Assembly (NCBI GenBank): GCA_029856105.1
Contig: JAHQWH010000019.1
Span: 1 to 58,236, forward strand
DNA length: 58,236 nucleotides
Reading direction: 5' to 3'
From: Promethearchaeia archaeon
GTDB taxonomy: Archaea > Asgardarchaeota > Lokiarchaeia > Sigyniarchaeales > SOKP01
The notes beneath the pieces were generated by a model, which saw only the letters and a list, made by a program, of their open reading frames with translations, searched no databases and had not been told where the DNA came from. Below, in pieces: positions 30,639 through 41,550 of this stretch (its first letter is position 1; every line of letters begins with the position of its first letter). A program made the position numbers and the translations under genes.

Positions 30639-31472
30639 ATGAATTTATCAAACGATCTTAACCAAAAACTTGGAAAACTAATTCAATTTTTAAAAAACAA
30701 AAAAATTGTTGTTGCTTTCTCTGGTGGAGTTGACAGTAGCTTATTAGCGTTTATTTCAACTAAATATGCTAAAAAAGCATTACTTGTAACAGAAAAATCA
30801 ATACTTTATCCTGATGATGAAATTAAATTAACGAGCGAATTTGCAAAAAAATACGGCATAATGCACTTGATAATCGAGCGCGATCCTTTAAAAGATGAAA
30901 AATTTAGGGTTAATCCTAAAAATCGTTGTTATATTTGTAAAACAGGTTTATATAAGGATATAATAAAAATCAAGGAAGAAAGGGATTTCGATTTAATAGT
31001 AGATGGATCAAACATCGACGATCTTTCAGATTATAGGCCAGGAATGCAAGCTTTGAAAGAATTAAATATTACTACTCCTTATATAGATTTCAAGATTAAC
31101 AAACAAGAGATTAGAGAGATATGTAAATACTTCAACTTAGATGTACAATCGAAGCCTTCAATGGCGTGTTTTTCGTCGCGTATACCTTACGACCAAGATA
31201 TCAACGAGGAAAAATTAGATATGATTAGAGAGGCTGAATCTTTCTTGAGAAACACATACAATTTAAACCAATTACGAGTTAGACTACACGAAGGAAAACT
31301 AGCACGAATTGAGCTGATGCCCGAAGACATTATGAAAGTTATGACTAATGAAAACTTTAAAAAAATAAAAACTAAATTCAAACAACTAGGATTTTGCTAC
31401 ATTGCGATTGATTTAGAAGGATTTAGGTCTGGATCACTAAACGAAGTTCTTGCTTTTAACGAAGAAGACTAA
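30639..31472 (+). CDS. larE: ATP-dependent sulfur transferase LarE family (PP-loop)
   Basis: AFSGGVDS, NRCYICK, DYRPG, ACFSSRIPY, DLEGFRSGS. Confidence 0.88.
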   Translation: MNLSNDLNQKLGKLIQFLKNKKIVVAFSGGVDSSLLAFISTKYAKKALLVTEKSILYPDDEIKLTSEFAKKYGIMHLIIERDPLKDEKFRVNPKNRCYICKTGLYKDIIKIKEERDFDLIVDGSNIDDLSDYRPGMQALKELNITTPYIDFKINKQEIREICKYFNLDVQSKPSMACFSSRIPYDQDINEEKLDMIREAESFLRNTYNLNQLRVRLHEGKLARIELMPEDIMKVMTNENFKKIKTKFKQLGFCYIAIDLEGFRSGSLNEVLAFNEED

Positions 31473-31493
31473 ATTTTAGGGTATAAAGAAACT

Positions 31494-32879
31494 TTAAACA
31501 CTTTGTTTTTTAACGTAATCAATAATTTTTTGTCTTTTTTTCAAAGCCATTGTAGCTGCTTTTTCAATTTTCTTTTCCATTTCTAACTTCAATTCAGGAG
31601 TTTCTTTCCCTATTTCTTGTTTGATTTTAGTGTAAGCAGATTCTCGAAATTGAGGGAGAATTGATCTTTTTTCTTCTCCTTCGTAAATCATAGTTACTTG
31701 CTTAGAATTGTCAACATAACCGATTTCAGCACATCTGATATTTATTGCAGCCAAATCACTAATTATTTGTTCCGATATTCTGTCTGAGCAGTAAATTAAA
31801 AGCGCATCTAGCGATACACCTAAGTAATCAACTCCCACTTTTTCTAATAACTCCAACACTACGGGATTAACAAGTCCTCGTACGCGATCTTCATAAATTG
31901 TTACGCCTGATTTCGCTTCGTAGTTTATTTCGTATAAATCTCCTCTAAGGCCCCCGTTTGTAACATCACACATCGCCCTTATCTCCTTACGATATTCTTT
32001 ATTTAGCAAGACATTGCAAGCTTCTAAGAATTTGATATTCATCGTTTCGTTTACAACATTATGGTTTCCCGAGTATATTGCTGTTGTCGTTATAGTTCCA
32101 CCTCCCGCACCCTCTGTCATTAATATTCTATCTCCAACTTGGATGTTACGTCTCGCTAATAAGTTCTTTCGAACGAGTCCGATCGCACTTATTCCCCCTA
32201 CTAAACGATCTCCAATAACCATATCACCCCCTATTCTTAATGTAGAACCGGCTGTAATTGGTACATGTGAAAGTTCTGCTACTGCCGAAACTCCGGCCAT
32301 AAAATCAAAAAGTTTTCCTACATCGGCGTCGTCTCCTAAATGGACATCAATCATTATGGAAATTGGTTCTGCTCCTTTGACATATAGATCACGTAAGCAC
32401 GCCCGAGCAACGTGAAACCCGCATATAAATGGAAAATCGCTGAGCCGGCTATGGATTCCCTCCATTTTAGAAACAATTATTAAATCCTCCGTTCCTTCAA
32501 AACCTTTAATATCCGATAGTTTAACCGCTCCAGCATCGTCTAAGGAACTAGGAGATAAATATGGTTGTCGATTCGTTTCCGATAGTTCGGCTATCAATTT
32601 ATGAACAAAAAAATCCCCAGCACCTCTACACCCTACTCCTTGCTTTCCCACCGTCACGTTGGCTTTATTAATATCTAATAAATCTTTAATGAAAGGTTCT
32701 GAAATTTTTGATATATCGCTCTTCTTACATTCTATTAGAACAGCATTCGCAAGCGTATAAGCAGACTCTTTATCAATATCCTTAAAATCAACATATTCCT
32801 GAACTAACCTCTTAAGAATTTCTTCGTCAGTTTTTTTTTGTCTTATTAATCTTCTTGTTAACCCTTCTAAGTCGCTCAA
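31494..32879 (-). CDS. Archaeal AIR synthase-related protein (PurM/HypE/SelD fold)
   Basis: GVGCRGAGDFFVH, DDAG, HSRLSDFPF, CDVTNGGLRGD. Confidence 0.82.
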   Translation of the reverse strand: MSDLEGLTRRLIRQKKTDEEILKRLVQEYVDFKDIDKESAYTLANAVLIECKKSDISKISEPFIKDLLDINKANVTVGKQGVGCRGAGDFFVHKLIAELSETNRQPYLSPSSLDDAGAVKLSDIKGFEGTEDLIIVSKMEGIHSRLSDFPFICGFHVARACLRDLYVKGAEPISIMIDVHLGDDADVGKLFDFMAGVSAVAELSHVPITAGSTLRIGGDMVIGDRLVGGISAIGLVRKNLLARRNIQVGDRILMTEGAGGGTITTTAIYSGNHNVVNETMNIKFLEACNVLLNKEYRKEIRAMCDVTNGGLRGDLYEINYEAKSGVTIYEDRVRGLVNPVVLELLEKVGVDYLGVSLDALLIYCSDRISEQIISDLAAINIRCAEIGYVDNSKQVTMIYEGEEKRSILPQFRESAYTKIKQEIGKETPELKLEMEKKIEKAATMALKKRQKIIDYVKKQSV

Positions 32880-33037
32880 AACTCTACACCTAATAGATAC
32901 TTTTAAAATTAGATTGATATTAGATTTGAAATTATATTTTTAAGAATGATAGCAATAATTAGCAAAAAAATCTTTGCTCTTAAAACCGTCTACTTAGAAA
33001 AAAAAACATTTGCTAAAATTATTTTACCTCTAAAATA

Positions 33038-33442
33038 CTATCCGTGAATTTCAATTTTTTCTATAGAAGCGGCTTTTTCAATGTTATTAAATAACCTTTC
33101 GAGCGAAAAAGGTTTGTTTTTAAAACTAGTAACCCCTATCGAAAGTGCTGTCTCTTTAATTGAGCGATCAGCGCTTACAAAAATAATTTTTGGCTTTATA
33201 TCGATAGAATTTTGGAAAATTTCTTTTGCTGCTTCTATTCCATTTTTAATAGGCATCCTATGATCCATTAAAATAACATCTGGTTTACTCGAAAAACGGT
33301 TGTACATATTTACGGCCTCTTCACCATCTTTAGCGGAGCCAACGACATTATAACCATTTAGTTGTAAAGCTTTTTCATAAAGTAACCTTAGGGAATGATC
33401 ATCCTCAACGATAAATATGTTTATTATAGGAGTACACCTCAA
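33038..33442 (-). CDS. Stand-alone response regulator receiver (CheY-like)
   Basis: IVEDD, ILMDHRMP (phospho-Asp), SA, KPF. Confidence 0.9.
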   Translation of the reverse strand: MRCTPIINIFIVEDDHSLRLLYEKALQLNGYNVVGSAKDGEEAVNMYNRFSSKPDVILMDHRMPIKNGIEAAKEIFQNSIDIKPKIIFVSADRSIKETALSIGVTSFKNKPFSLERLFNNIEKAASIEKIEIHG

Positions 33443-33893
33443 ACGCTAATTTAATTTAATTAATTTCAATTTCTCTCAATAATTTCTTCTAATTAAAACT
33501 AAATGATTAAGTAAACCCTATAAAAAATATATAAAATATCTTTATAAAAACTTGCTCAATATTTTTACATCATTGTCTAAGAAATACAAAACCACGATTA
33601 CAAATAACAATATAAGATAACTTTTTTTATAATTGTTTGTTTGTAATAATAATACAGTTTTTGATCTGCTATTTTTTGCCTTTTAAGAAATTAAGTTAAA
33701 AATATTAACGAAATTTAAATAATGATAAATTAAATTATTAAAATTTAAGATTTTGGTTACATATTTCCTTAAATCAAAAACAACTATCGTTCTTTTGAGA
33801 GAAATTTTTTGATTAATTAACTAAAACTAAAAGGTTTAAATAAGTAGAATCTTTATTTTTAATTGGTAATAAAAACTTTAATAAAAAAAAATA

Positions 33894-34223
33894 ATGCCAT
33901 TCCAACCACATCACCCTAGACACCCTAGACACCCTAGACACCCTAGACATCGTAGAATAAGTCAAAAAATAGGAACTCGACTCACAACTTATCTAACCGA
34001 GTGCGAAAGCGGAGAGGAAGTTATCGTATTAAGTGTAAATGCTGGATATAGGGCAAAGACACGCCTTGCTAATTTAGGGATTGTACCCGGAGTAAAAGTG
34101 AAAAAAATGAAAAATGCCCCTTTTCGAGGACCAATAGAAATAAAAGTTAAAGGCTCATCCTTAGTCCTTGGTAGAGGTTTAGCATCTAGAATAATAGTAA
34201 GTCGTAACAATTCTTGTACTTAA
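33894..34223 (+). CDS. feoA: Ferrous iron transport protein A with N-terminal (HPR)n tract
   Basis: RLANLGIVPG...APFRGPIEI...LGRGLA; directly upstream of feoB. Confidence 0.9.
   Translation: MPFQPHHPRHPRHPRHPRHRRISQKIGTRLTTYLTECESGEEVIVLSVNAGYRAKTRLANLGIVPGVKVKKMKNAPFRGPIEIKVKGSSLVLGRGLASRIIVSRNNSCT
33912..33956 (+). repeat. 9-bp tandem repeat (CACCCTAGA)x4 plus a degenerate CATCGTAGA copy
   Basis: Seen directly; encodes HPRHPRHPRHPRHRR. Confidence 0.95.
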
Positions 34224-34309
34224 TAATAGCGTTATAAGATTAAATTGGATTGTTTTTATAAAAATTTCTTTAGAGGATTTCATTAAAAAAAGATGGGAAG
34301 TTTTAAAAA

Positions 34310-36448
34310 ATGAGCGGTCACACTCCAAATAATAAACTAAAAAATACAGGAATGTATAAGGATATAATTAATATTGCCTTAGCAGGAAATCCAAACGTAG
34401 GAAAATCAGTTATTTTTAACCAACTTACTGGGTTAAGCCAAACCATAGGAAATTGGCCCGGCAAAACAGTTGAAAGAATGGAAGGCCATCTTGATTTTTT
34501 AGGATATCGTTTTAATATCGTTGATTTACCTGGTATTTATTCTCTTTCTACCTACTCCTTAGAGGAAATAGTAAGTAGAGAATATATTGTTTCTGATGAT
34601 GTTGATGTTATTATCAATGTTGTTGATGCCACGAATTTAGAACGAAATTTATTTTTTACGTTTCAGTTACTTGAATTAAAAGTTCCATTAATTATTGCAA
34701 TTAACCAAATGGATATTTTAAGAAGAAGGAATATGGAAATTGATTTTAAAGCGTTGGAAAACATTTTCAAATTGCCCGTACTCCCTGTAGTTGCCGTACA
34801 TGGTACGGGTGTCCATCAACTATTAGAAGAAGCTATTGAAATGGTTGTTTTTCAGCATCCCCATGCTCATTACAATGAAAAAACCCGGGATGAGCACGAC
34901 CATCATTCTCACGACTATTATCGAACAGAACATATTCACGATAAAGTAAAAGTAAATAGTAAAGTGAAAAATAATTTTAAATTTCCTGAGTTATCTAAAG
35001 TGCTCTCCTTTGGGAAAGAAGTTGAGTCGTGTATTGGCAAATTAGTTTTGGAGATTAATAATAATCAACTCACTTCTGCCCTAATTAAATACCCACCAAG
35101 GTTCTTAGCAATTAAATTATTGGAAAATGATGAAGAAATTAAAAGTAGTTTTAAAAATAATGAAATTATAAAAAATGCCGATGAGTTTCGAAATCAATTA
35201 GAAGATATTCACGGAGAAGATGTTCATACGATAATATCGTCAGAAATTTACAATAAAATTCATGTCATAAGCGATAAAGTTTTATTAATAAAACCACATA
35301 AAGGAAAAAAGAAAGTCAGACTCGCTGATGTATTCGATCATCTTACTACTCATTCAATCTTAGGTTATCTTATTTTAGTTGCTGTATTATTTGGTATTTA
35401 TTCCTTTACTTTTTCTTTTGGAAATTTTTTTAGTGGATTAATAGATGAGCTATATACGACATGGAGTGAATTTATTTACAATTCTTTTGGAGAGGAGAAT
35501 TTAATAGTTAAGATATTTTGGGATGGCGGGCTGGGAGGATTTCTAGGCGGTATAGGCGGTGTCTTAGTATATGTCATACCTTTCTTTTTAATAATTGAAA
35601 TTTTACAAGATTCTGGTTACTTACCTCGAGCAGCATTTTTAATGGATAAAGCTATGCATACGATCGGGGTCCACGGAAAAACTATTATTCCAATGATTTT
35701 AGGATTTGGTTGTAATGTCCCTGCATGTGCAGGGTGCAGAATTATGGAAACAGAACGAGAAAAAAAATTATCTGTCGTATTATCTTCTCTTGTACCATGC
35801 GCAGCAGTAATGACTGTTGTGTTAGGATTGGTAGGGAGATATGTAGGATTTTACTGGGTAACCATTTTGTTTTTAATAAACTTTGGTGTTATTTTTTTAA
35901 TAGGTCGAATTCTAAATAAAGTAATGCCTGGTCAATGCACGGAACTCATAATGGAAATGCACGAATACAGGATGCCAAATTCTAAAGTTATTCTTAAACA
36001 AACATGGGTTAGAACAAGAGAGTTTGTATATAAGGCTTTGCCAGTTATAATTGTTCTTGGGATTCTTTTAGAAATTTTATTAATCTTTAATGCTTTAGAG
36101 CCAATAAATGTCATTTTGGCCCCTGTAAACGTGTTCTGGCTAGGACTTCCGGCAATAACGGGAGTATTTCTAATATACGGAATTTTAAGGAAGGAATTAA
36201 CTTTAGTCCTCTTAGTTGTTTTAGCTAATTCAATTGGTGTTCCTTTAATAGAATTATTAACGCCCTTCCAAATGATTAATTTTAGTTTAGTTACAATGCT
36301 ATATATCCCCTGTTTTGCGACCATTATTATTATTGCTAAACAAACTAGCTGGAAATACGCGATCCAAATTTCATTATTAGAGATAGGTGTAGCCTTATTG
36401 ATTGGTGGTATTTTAAATTTTGGATATGTAATATTTTCAAGTTTCTAA
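34310..36448 (+). CDS. feoB: Ferrous iron transport protein B with His-rich insert
   Basis: GNPNVGKS, GNWPGKTVE, DLPG, GFGCNVPA, LYIPCFAT. Confidence 0.95.
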   Translation: MSGHTPNNKLKNTGMYKDIINIALAGNPNVGKSVIFNQLTGLSQTIGNWPGKTVERMEGHLDFLGYRFNIVDLPGIYSLSTYSLEEIVSREYIVSDDVDVIINVVDATNLERNLFFTFQLLELKVPLIIAINQMDILRRRNMEIDFKALENIFKLPVLPVVAVHGTGVHQLLEEAIEMVVFQHPHAHYNEKTRDEHDHHSHDYYRTEHIHDKVKVNSKVKNNFKFPELSKVLSFGKEVESCIGKLVLEINNNQLTSALIKYPPRFLAIKLLENDEEIKSSFKNNEIIKNADEFRNQLEDIHGEDVHTIISSEIYNKIHVISDKVLLIKPHKGKKKVRLADVFDHLTTHSILGYLILVAVLFGIYSFTFSFGNFFSGLIDELYTTWSEFIYNSFGEENLIVKIFWDGGLGGFLGGIGGVLVYVIPFFLIIEILQDSGYLPRAAFLMDKAMHTIGVHGKTIIPMILGFGCNVPACAGCRIMETEREKKLSVVLSSLVPCAAVMTVVLGLVGRYVGFYWVTILFLINFGVIFLIGRILNKVMPGQCTELIMEMHEYRMPNSKVILKQTWVRTREFVYKALPVIIVLGILLEILLIFNALEPINVILAPVNVFWLGLPAITGVFLIYGILRKELTLVLLVVLANSIGVPLIELLTPFQMINFSLVTMLYIPCFATIIIIAKQTSWKYAIQISLLEIGVALLIGGILNFGYVIFSSF

Positions 36449-36541
36449 ATCATAATTAACCTAATTTTTATTTATATTATATTTATATTATTTTGAAAAT
36501 TCATAATCTTAGTTTTGAATTTTTTTAAAGCTTAACTAAAA

Positions 36542-37555
36542 ATGGTAAAAATAAGAATTACTACCCCATGTCGAATCCACCTTTCCTTAATTGACGAAAA
36601 TGGATACACGGGTAGAGTCGATGGTGGAATTGGTCTCATGTTAGACCGTCCTAATGTAGTTTTTGAAGCGACAAATCACGCAGAAGAATTTAAAATTGAA
36701 GCTCACAAGTATTATCGAGAATCAATAGAAGTAATCAACGAACAAGCATCGAAAATTTTCAAGGCATATAATATAAATAATAAAAACTTTCATTTTAATC
36801 TTAAAAGGTATTATCCAAGCCATGTAGGGTTGGGTTCTAAAACTCAATTATCATTAGCAATCGCAATTGCTATTACTAAGCTGAAAAATAAGAGCGTGTC
36901 TATACAAGAATTAACTAAATTGGTTCAAAGAGGTGGAACATCAGGAATTGGATGGAGAGGCTTTGAAAAAGGTGGCTTTATAATTGATGCAGGACATAAT
37001 TTTGGTAAAGGAAAAGAGAAAGAATCTTTCTTACCTTCTTCAGCTTCAATAACAGCGGATCCAGCTCTTACAATTATGAGATATCCAATACCCGAACATT
37101 GGAGATTTGTGTTAGTTATACCTAATGTTAAAAAAGGAGCTTATGGAGACGAAGAAGTAACCATTTTTCAAAGTCATGCTCCAATCCCAAAAGAAGAAGT
37201 TAATGAAGTTTCACACCAAATTTTAATGAAAGTTATTCCCGGAATTATTAACGAAGATTTGGAATGTTTTGGTGAAGGTTTAAAAAGAATACAAGATATA
37301 GGGTTCAAGAAAATAGAGATCTCTTTACAACATGAAATTGTCAAAAATGTTCTCTCTCTTTTTGAAGAACATGGTGTTAAAGCATTTGGAATGTCTTCTT
37401 TCGGACCAAGCATAGTCGGAGTTGTTGAATCTGATGAAGATGCGAATAGTCTTTTAAAAACTGTTCAAATGCGCCTTAAAAATATTATTGGTCATATTTA
37501 CATATGCAAACCTAATAATTGTGGAGCAAAAATTGAATTTTTAGATGATAATTAA
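36542..37555 (+). CDS. mptG: Beta-ribofuranosylaminobenzene 5'-phosphate synthase (RFA-P synthase, GHMP fold)
   Basis: PCRIHLSLID..GRVDGG, HVGLGSKTQL, RGGTSGIG, GMSSFGP. Confidence 0.88.
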   Translation: MVKIRITTPCRIHLSLIDENGYTGRVDGGIGLMLDRPNVVFEATNHAEEFKIEAHKYYRESIEVINEQASKIFKAYNINNKNFHFNLKRYYPSHVGLGSKTQLSLAIAIAITKLKNKSVSIQELTKLVQRGGTSGIGWRGFEKGGFIIDAGHNFGKGKEKESFLPSSASITADPALTIMRYPIPEHWRFVLVIPNVKKGAYGDEEVTIFQSHAPIPKEEVNEVSHQILMKVIPGIINEDLECFGEGLKRIQDIGFKKIEISLQHEIVKNVLSLFEEHGVKAFGMSSFGPSIVGVVESDEDANSLLKTVQMRLKNIIGHIYICKPNNCGAKIEFLDDN

Positions 37556-37950
37556 TGCCAAATAATAATGAAAAGCTCTATTTTTCTTCTAATATAAGTT
37601 TAAGAGAAAGAGCTAGTTTCGAAATAGGTATAAAATTAGGAGCTCTTTATCATATTTTATGTGGGATACCTATATCTTCAGATACTAAGGTTATTGATTC
37701 TATCGAAAATGGTATAGAAGCAGCAATCTCTTGTCAACCATATGTAAAATCTGTTAAAATTAACATTGACCGCGAAAAAATAGAAGGGGATAAATCAACC
37801 GAATTTGAGTACGATGAGATTACTGGAAAAGTTATAAACGCTACAGTCGTGCTTGAGTATAAATCCGTTGAAATCACGGCAAAAGTAGAGTGGGTAGAGG
37901 ATCTCAAATATCCATTGATGTTTATTGAAAAAATAAGGACTAAAAACTAA
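37555..37950 (+). CDS. mptD: Archaeal dihydroneopterin aldolase
   Basis: RERASFEIGIKLGALYH, QPYV, YPLM motifs. Confidence 0.85.
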   Translation: MPNNNEKLYFSSNISLRERASFEIGIKLGALYHILCGIPISSDTKVIDSIENGIEAAISCQPYVKSVKINIDREKIEGDKSTEFEYDEITGKVINATVVLEYKSVEITAKVEWVEDLKYPLMFIEKIRTKN

Positions 37951-38696
37951 TCCTTTAAATTTTTAATATAGTCCTTAACATGTTCTACTGTTTTTAAAGC
38001 ACTTAAATTTTTTCCAAATCTTCGTATTTCGGCAAAATTTTCTTCAATTTTTAGCTCTATTTTTTGGACTAAAGCTTTGTCTTTTTTTTCTTCAGCAACT
38101 TTTAATTTAGTTGCTAATATAATCGTTTCCAAGGCTAAATTTTCTGCTCTATTAAATATTTTAAATGATTCTTTAAATTTATCGCAGGAAATTATAGATA
38201 GAGTAAATTCAATAACCTTTAATTCTCCCAAATCATCATCTTTAACGATCTGCTCTTCACCCATAGCTACACAAGCGATCATTGCCCATGCTTGTTTTAT
38301 ATAAGGTAATGAAACCATTTCTGAATTTGAGTATTTTTTAAAAACCTCTTTTATTTTTTCTTTATTCTTTATTTTATAATAATCGTAAAATTCTTCTGGA
38401 AAGATTTTGATTTTCTTAGATCGATTAAAATCTTTTAATGAAGCTAAGGCATAAAGATATATGTCATCAACAAAATTTAGCGTAATAAGTTTATTACTTC
38501 TCAAATTATTGTATGTAGATGTGTTTGGATAAGGACGCAATTTTATCGAGCAATTATCTATTAATCTTATACCCATACAAGCCGTATTTGGCACGATATT
38601 GTTGTTACTTATTGAGAAGGTTGTAGCTAAAACTTCATACAAGTAATCTTCTTTTAAGCCTATAGATTTGGGATTTGTTTGAAATGAGGGTGACAT
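37947..38696 (-). CDS. DUF447 family protein
   Basis: YEVLATT...PNTACMGI...PYPNTSTYNNL, FNRA..LALE. Confidence 0.75.
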   Translation of the reverse strand: MSPSFQTNPKSIGLKEDYLYEVLATTFSISNNNIVPNTACMGIRLIDNCSIKLRPYPNTSTYNNLRSNKLITLNFVDDIYLYALASLKDFNRSKKIKIFPEEFYDYYKIKNKEKIKEVFKKYSNSEMVSLPYIKQAWAMIACVAMGEEQIVKDDDLGELKVIEFTLSIISCDKFKESFKIFNRAENLALETIILATKLKVAEEKKDKALVQKIELKIEENFAEIRRFGKNLSALKTVEHVKDYIKNLKD

Positions 38697-38847
38697 ACTT
38701 TAGATAATTAATTTATTAAGTTGTATAAATTAGAATACTTTCGATATATTTTAATTATAACTTTTTAATTTTGAAGAAGAACCATTAAAAATTAATAAAA
38801 ATAAAAAGAATTATTGAACTTTTATAATTAGTAAATTAAAAGATTTA

Positions 38848-39948
38848 TTGATTATTGTGTATAAGGTAATCGGAATTGACCCTGGTTCTCTTTCTTGGGA
38901 TTTCTTTGGTTTGGAAAACAATGAAATTATCCTAGATACTTCTATTCCTACAAAAGAATTAATGGAAGAGCCACATAAAGCTATTTCAATCATAAAATCA
39001 ATTGGAAATGTTGATTTAATAGTAGCACCTAGCGGTTTTGGATTACCGTTGAAAAATATTAAAGATATAACTGAAAAAGATATTTTTTTTACATTATTAA
39101 AATTTGATAAAAAAGAGAAGGATAAATTAATCGGTCTAGGAGAAGTCCTTCGTTTGATAAAAGCGGAAAATATACCTGGAGTTATTGTTCCAGGTGTTAA
39201 ACATTTACCAACCGTACCCAGATATCGCAAAATCAATAAAATTGACCTTGGGACCGCAGATAAGCTGTGTACTGCTGTTACAGGCATACGAGATCAAATG
39301 GAAAGGTTGAATATTGGTCCAGAAAAATCTAACTTTATTATGGTAGAAATTGGTTACGGATTTACAGCCGTTTTAGCTATTGAAAACGGACAGATTATTG
39401 ATGGAATTGGGGGTTCTAACATTATGGGTTTTAGAGCCTGTGGAAGTCTTGATGGAGAATTAGCTTATTTAATTAAACACATTAAAAAAGAAAATATATA
39501 CAAGGGAGGAGTGTCTTTTATTGCTGGATACGAAGATTTAAGTTTAAAAGAAATAATTTTACTAGCTCAAAAAGACGAACAAACAAAGATGGCTCTTAAC
39601 GCATACATCTCAGATGTAACTAAAGCGATTTACGGAATTTCTTCATCTTTTTCAAGCAAAGATAAAATATATGAAATATTATTGGCAGGAAGAGGATCAG
39701 AATTACAATATATAAAAGATAAAATTATAAATAGTATAAACATCGGTGCCCCCGTTAAATTGATGAATTCTTATAGTAGCTTATCCAAACGTGCCGCTCA
39801 AGGTGCTGCATTCATAGCAAATGGTTTGTTGGGGGGCAAATTTGAACCTATAATAAGTAATTTAAAGATTAAAGAAGCCAAGGGCTCAATTTTAGACGAT
39901 ATTTTTATTCCATTTGATAAAGAAAAACTATTAAGTGATTTAAATTAA
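38848..39948 (+). CDS. DUF1464 family protein (ASKHA/kinase-like fold)
   Basis: GIDPGS, APSGFG, IDLGTADK, DGIGG, AAQGAA. Confidence 0.8.
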   Translation: MIIVYKVIGIDPGSLSWDFFGLENNEIILDTSIPTKELMEEPHKAISIIKSIGNVDLIVAPSGFGLPLKNIKDITEKDIFFTLLKFDKKEKDKLIGLGEVLRLIKAENIPGVIVPGVKHLPTVPRYRKINKIDLGTADKLCTAVTGIRDQMERLNIGPEKSNFIMVEIGYGFTAVLAIENGQIIDGIGGSNIMGFRACGSLDGELAYLIKHIKKENIYKGGVSFIAGYEDLSLKEIILLAQKDEQTKMALNAYISDVTKAIYGISSSFSSKDKIYEILLAGRGSELQYIKDKIINSINIGAPVKLMNSYSSLSKRAAQGAAFIANGLLGGKFEPIISNLKIKEAKGSILDDIFIPFDKEKLLSDLN

Positions 39949-41521
39949 GAAAATTTTAATTATTACTGGTCTAAGTAGTTATCCAATCATAAAGAAAGTT
40001 ATAGAGCCTATTAAAAAATACAAGATTGAAGTATATAAAGCTCCTATAACTATTTCTGCTTTTTTATCGGAAGATCTCGTTGAAGATATTATAAAAGATG
40101 TTTCTCTAAGTGAATACGCTTTAATCCTCCTTCCAGGATTCGTTCAGTGGGATACTACAAAAATAGAGGACAAATATTTAATAGATATAAAGAAAGGTCC
40201 TGAATTCGCTTCCGATCTTCCTATGATTTTAAAACATTTGGAAACTATCAAATTATCGAATAAAGTTGCAGCAAATAAGTTATTGGAGATTTCTTGCGAA
40301 GATATATATGAAGAAATTGTTAAGGAACAGATGAAAATAGCTAAGAATGATCTTGGATTCCACACTTTTTTTATCAACAAACAAATCTCAGATATTATGA
40401 TTGGGCGTAATCTTCCTCCTCCGATTATTGCCGAAATTGTTAATTGTCCAGAAAAAAGTAATCAAGAGATAATTAAAAAAGTAAAACATTATATCGAATC
40501 TGGTGCCGATATTATTGATGTTGGATGTGTAGCAAACAAACCATATCCAGACAGGGTAAAAGAGGTCGTTAATCTTATACGAAATAAGTTTAATGTTTTA
40601 ATTAGTATCGATTCAATGGAAAAAAGTGAAGTATTGGCTGCTGTTGATGAAGGCGTTGATATGATCCTAAGTTTAGATCTTGGAAATTATAAGGATTTCT
40701 TAAGTATTCCTAGAGATATACCTATTGTAATATTACCAACAAACATCAAGTCCGCTTATTTCCCTAAAGAACCAGAAATAAGAGTTAAAAATTTGTTTAA
40801 ATTAACGCAAGAATTGAGACAGGAAGGGTTTAAAAAGTTAATTGCCGATCCACTATTAGAAACCCCCATCGTTCCAGGGATTTGCAATTCTTTGGAAGCA
40901 TATTTCTTATATAAAAAGCAAGTTTTAAAAGAAGAAAATAAGAAATTGGAATTACCTCTATTCTTTGGCATTTCTAACGTAGTAGAACTTATGGATATCG
41001 ATTCGGTGGGAATAAATGGGTTGTTAGCAAGCATCGCAATTGAGTTGGATATGGGAATATTGTTTACAGTCGAGCATAGCACTAAATTAATGGGTGGGGT
41101 AGCCGAGCTTAAAGAGAGCGTTAAACTAAATTACGTCTCAAAATTCAAAAAAACACCTCCTATAAATCATGGTATTAAAATTTTTAAAGCAAAAGGAAAA
41201 ACTAGTCAAAAAATTCCAGATATTGATAAAACAAAAGCTATTTTTGTGAAGAAATACGATTTTGGCTATAATCCCGATAAAAAAGGATATTTTAAATTCT
41301 ATGTAAATCATTACGCTAAAGAAATCTACGCTATATTTTTTTCTAACGATAATATTATTCTTAAGACTTTAATAGGAAGTAGTGCGGAGGCACTTGGTAA
41401 AAAAATTATTGAATTAAACTTAACTAACAGTTTGGCTCATATCAATTATATCGGACGAGAGTTAAGTAGAGCAGAATTTTGCTTGACTTTTGGTAAACCT
41501 TTTATCCAAGACAACGAATAA
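39944..41521 (+). CDS. Archaeal dihydropteroate synthase-like protein (MJ0107 family); start extended to ATT 39944
   Basis: IIAEIV, GADIIDVG, ISIDS, GISNVVELMDIDS, YIGREL..A. The 93 in-frame codons upstream of 40223 encode the family N-terminus (IKKILIITG...ISAFL...LLPG...KGP..ASDLP). Confidence 0.85.
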   Translation: MKKILIITGLSSYPIIKKVIEPIKKYKIEVYKAPITISAFLSEDLVEDIIKDVSLSEYALILLPGFVQWDTTKIEDKYLIDIKKGPEFASDLPMILKHLETIKLSNKVAANKLLEISCEDIYEEIVKEQMKIAKNDLGFHTFFINKQISDIMIGRNLPPPIIAEIVNCPEKSNQEIIKKVKHYIESGADIIDVGCVANKPYPDRVKEVVNLIRNKFNVLISIDSMEKSEVLAAVDEGVDMILSLDLGNYKDFLSIPRDIPIVILPTNIKSAYFPKEPEIRVKNLFKLTQELRQEGFKKLIADPLLETPIVPGICNSLEAYFLYKKQVLKEENKKLELPLFFGISNVVELMDIDSVGINGLLASIAIELDMGILFTVEHSTKLMGGVAELKESVKLNYVSKFKKTPPINHGIKIFKAKGKTSQKIPDIDKTKAIFVKKYDFGYNPDKKGYFKFYVNHYAKEIYAIFFSNDNIILKTLIGSSAEALGKKIIELNLTNSLAHINYIGRELSRAEFCLTFGKPFIQDNE

Positions 41522-41550
41522 GTAGAATAAAAAAAATAAAAATTTTTTTT

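Noticed and set aside
30639-32879. larE plus AIR-synthase-like gene as a new cofactor pathway
   Set aside because: The genes are convergent, both are widespread in archaea, and no larA/B/C is in the window, so there is no evidence of a functional link.
33811-33842. Possible DtxR-like operator (TTAACTAAAACTAA) next to a TATA-like element upstream of feoA
   Set aside because: An imperfect palindrome in very AT-rich DNA that cannot be distinguished from chance by eye.
33912-33956. CRISPR-like repeat
   Set aside because: 9-bp head-to-tail units with no spacers, in frame within feoA.
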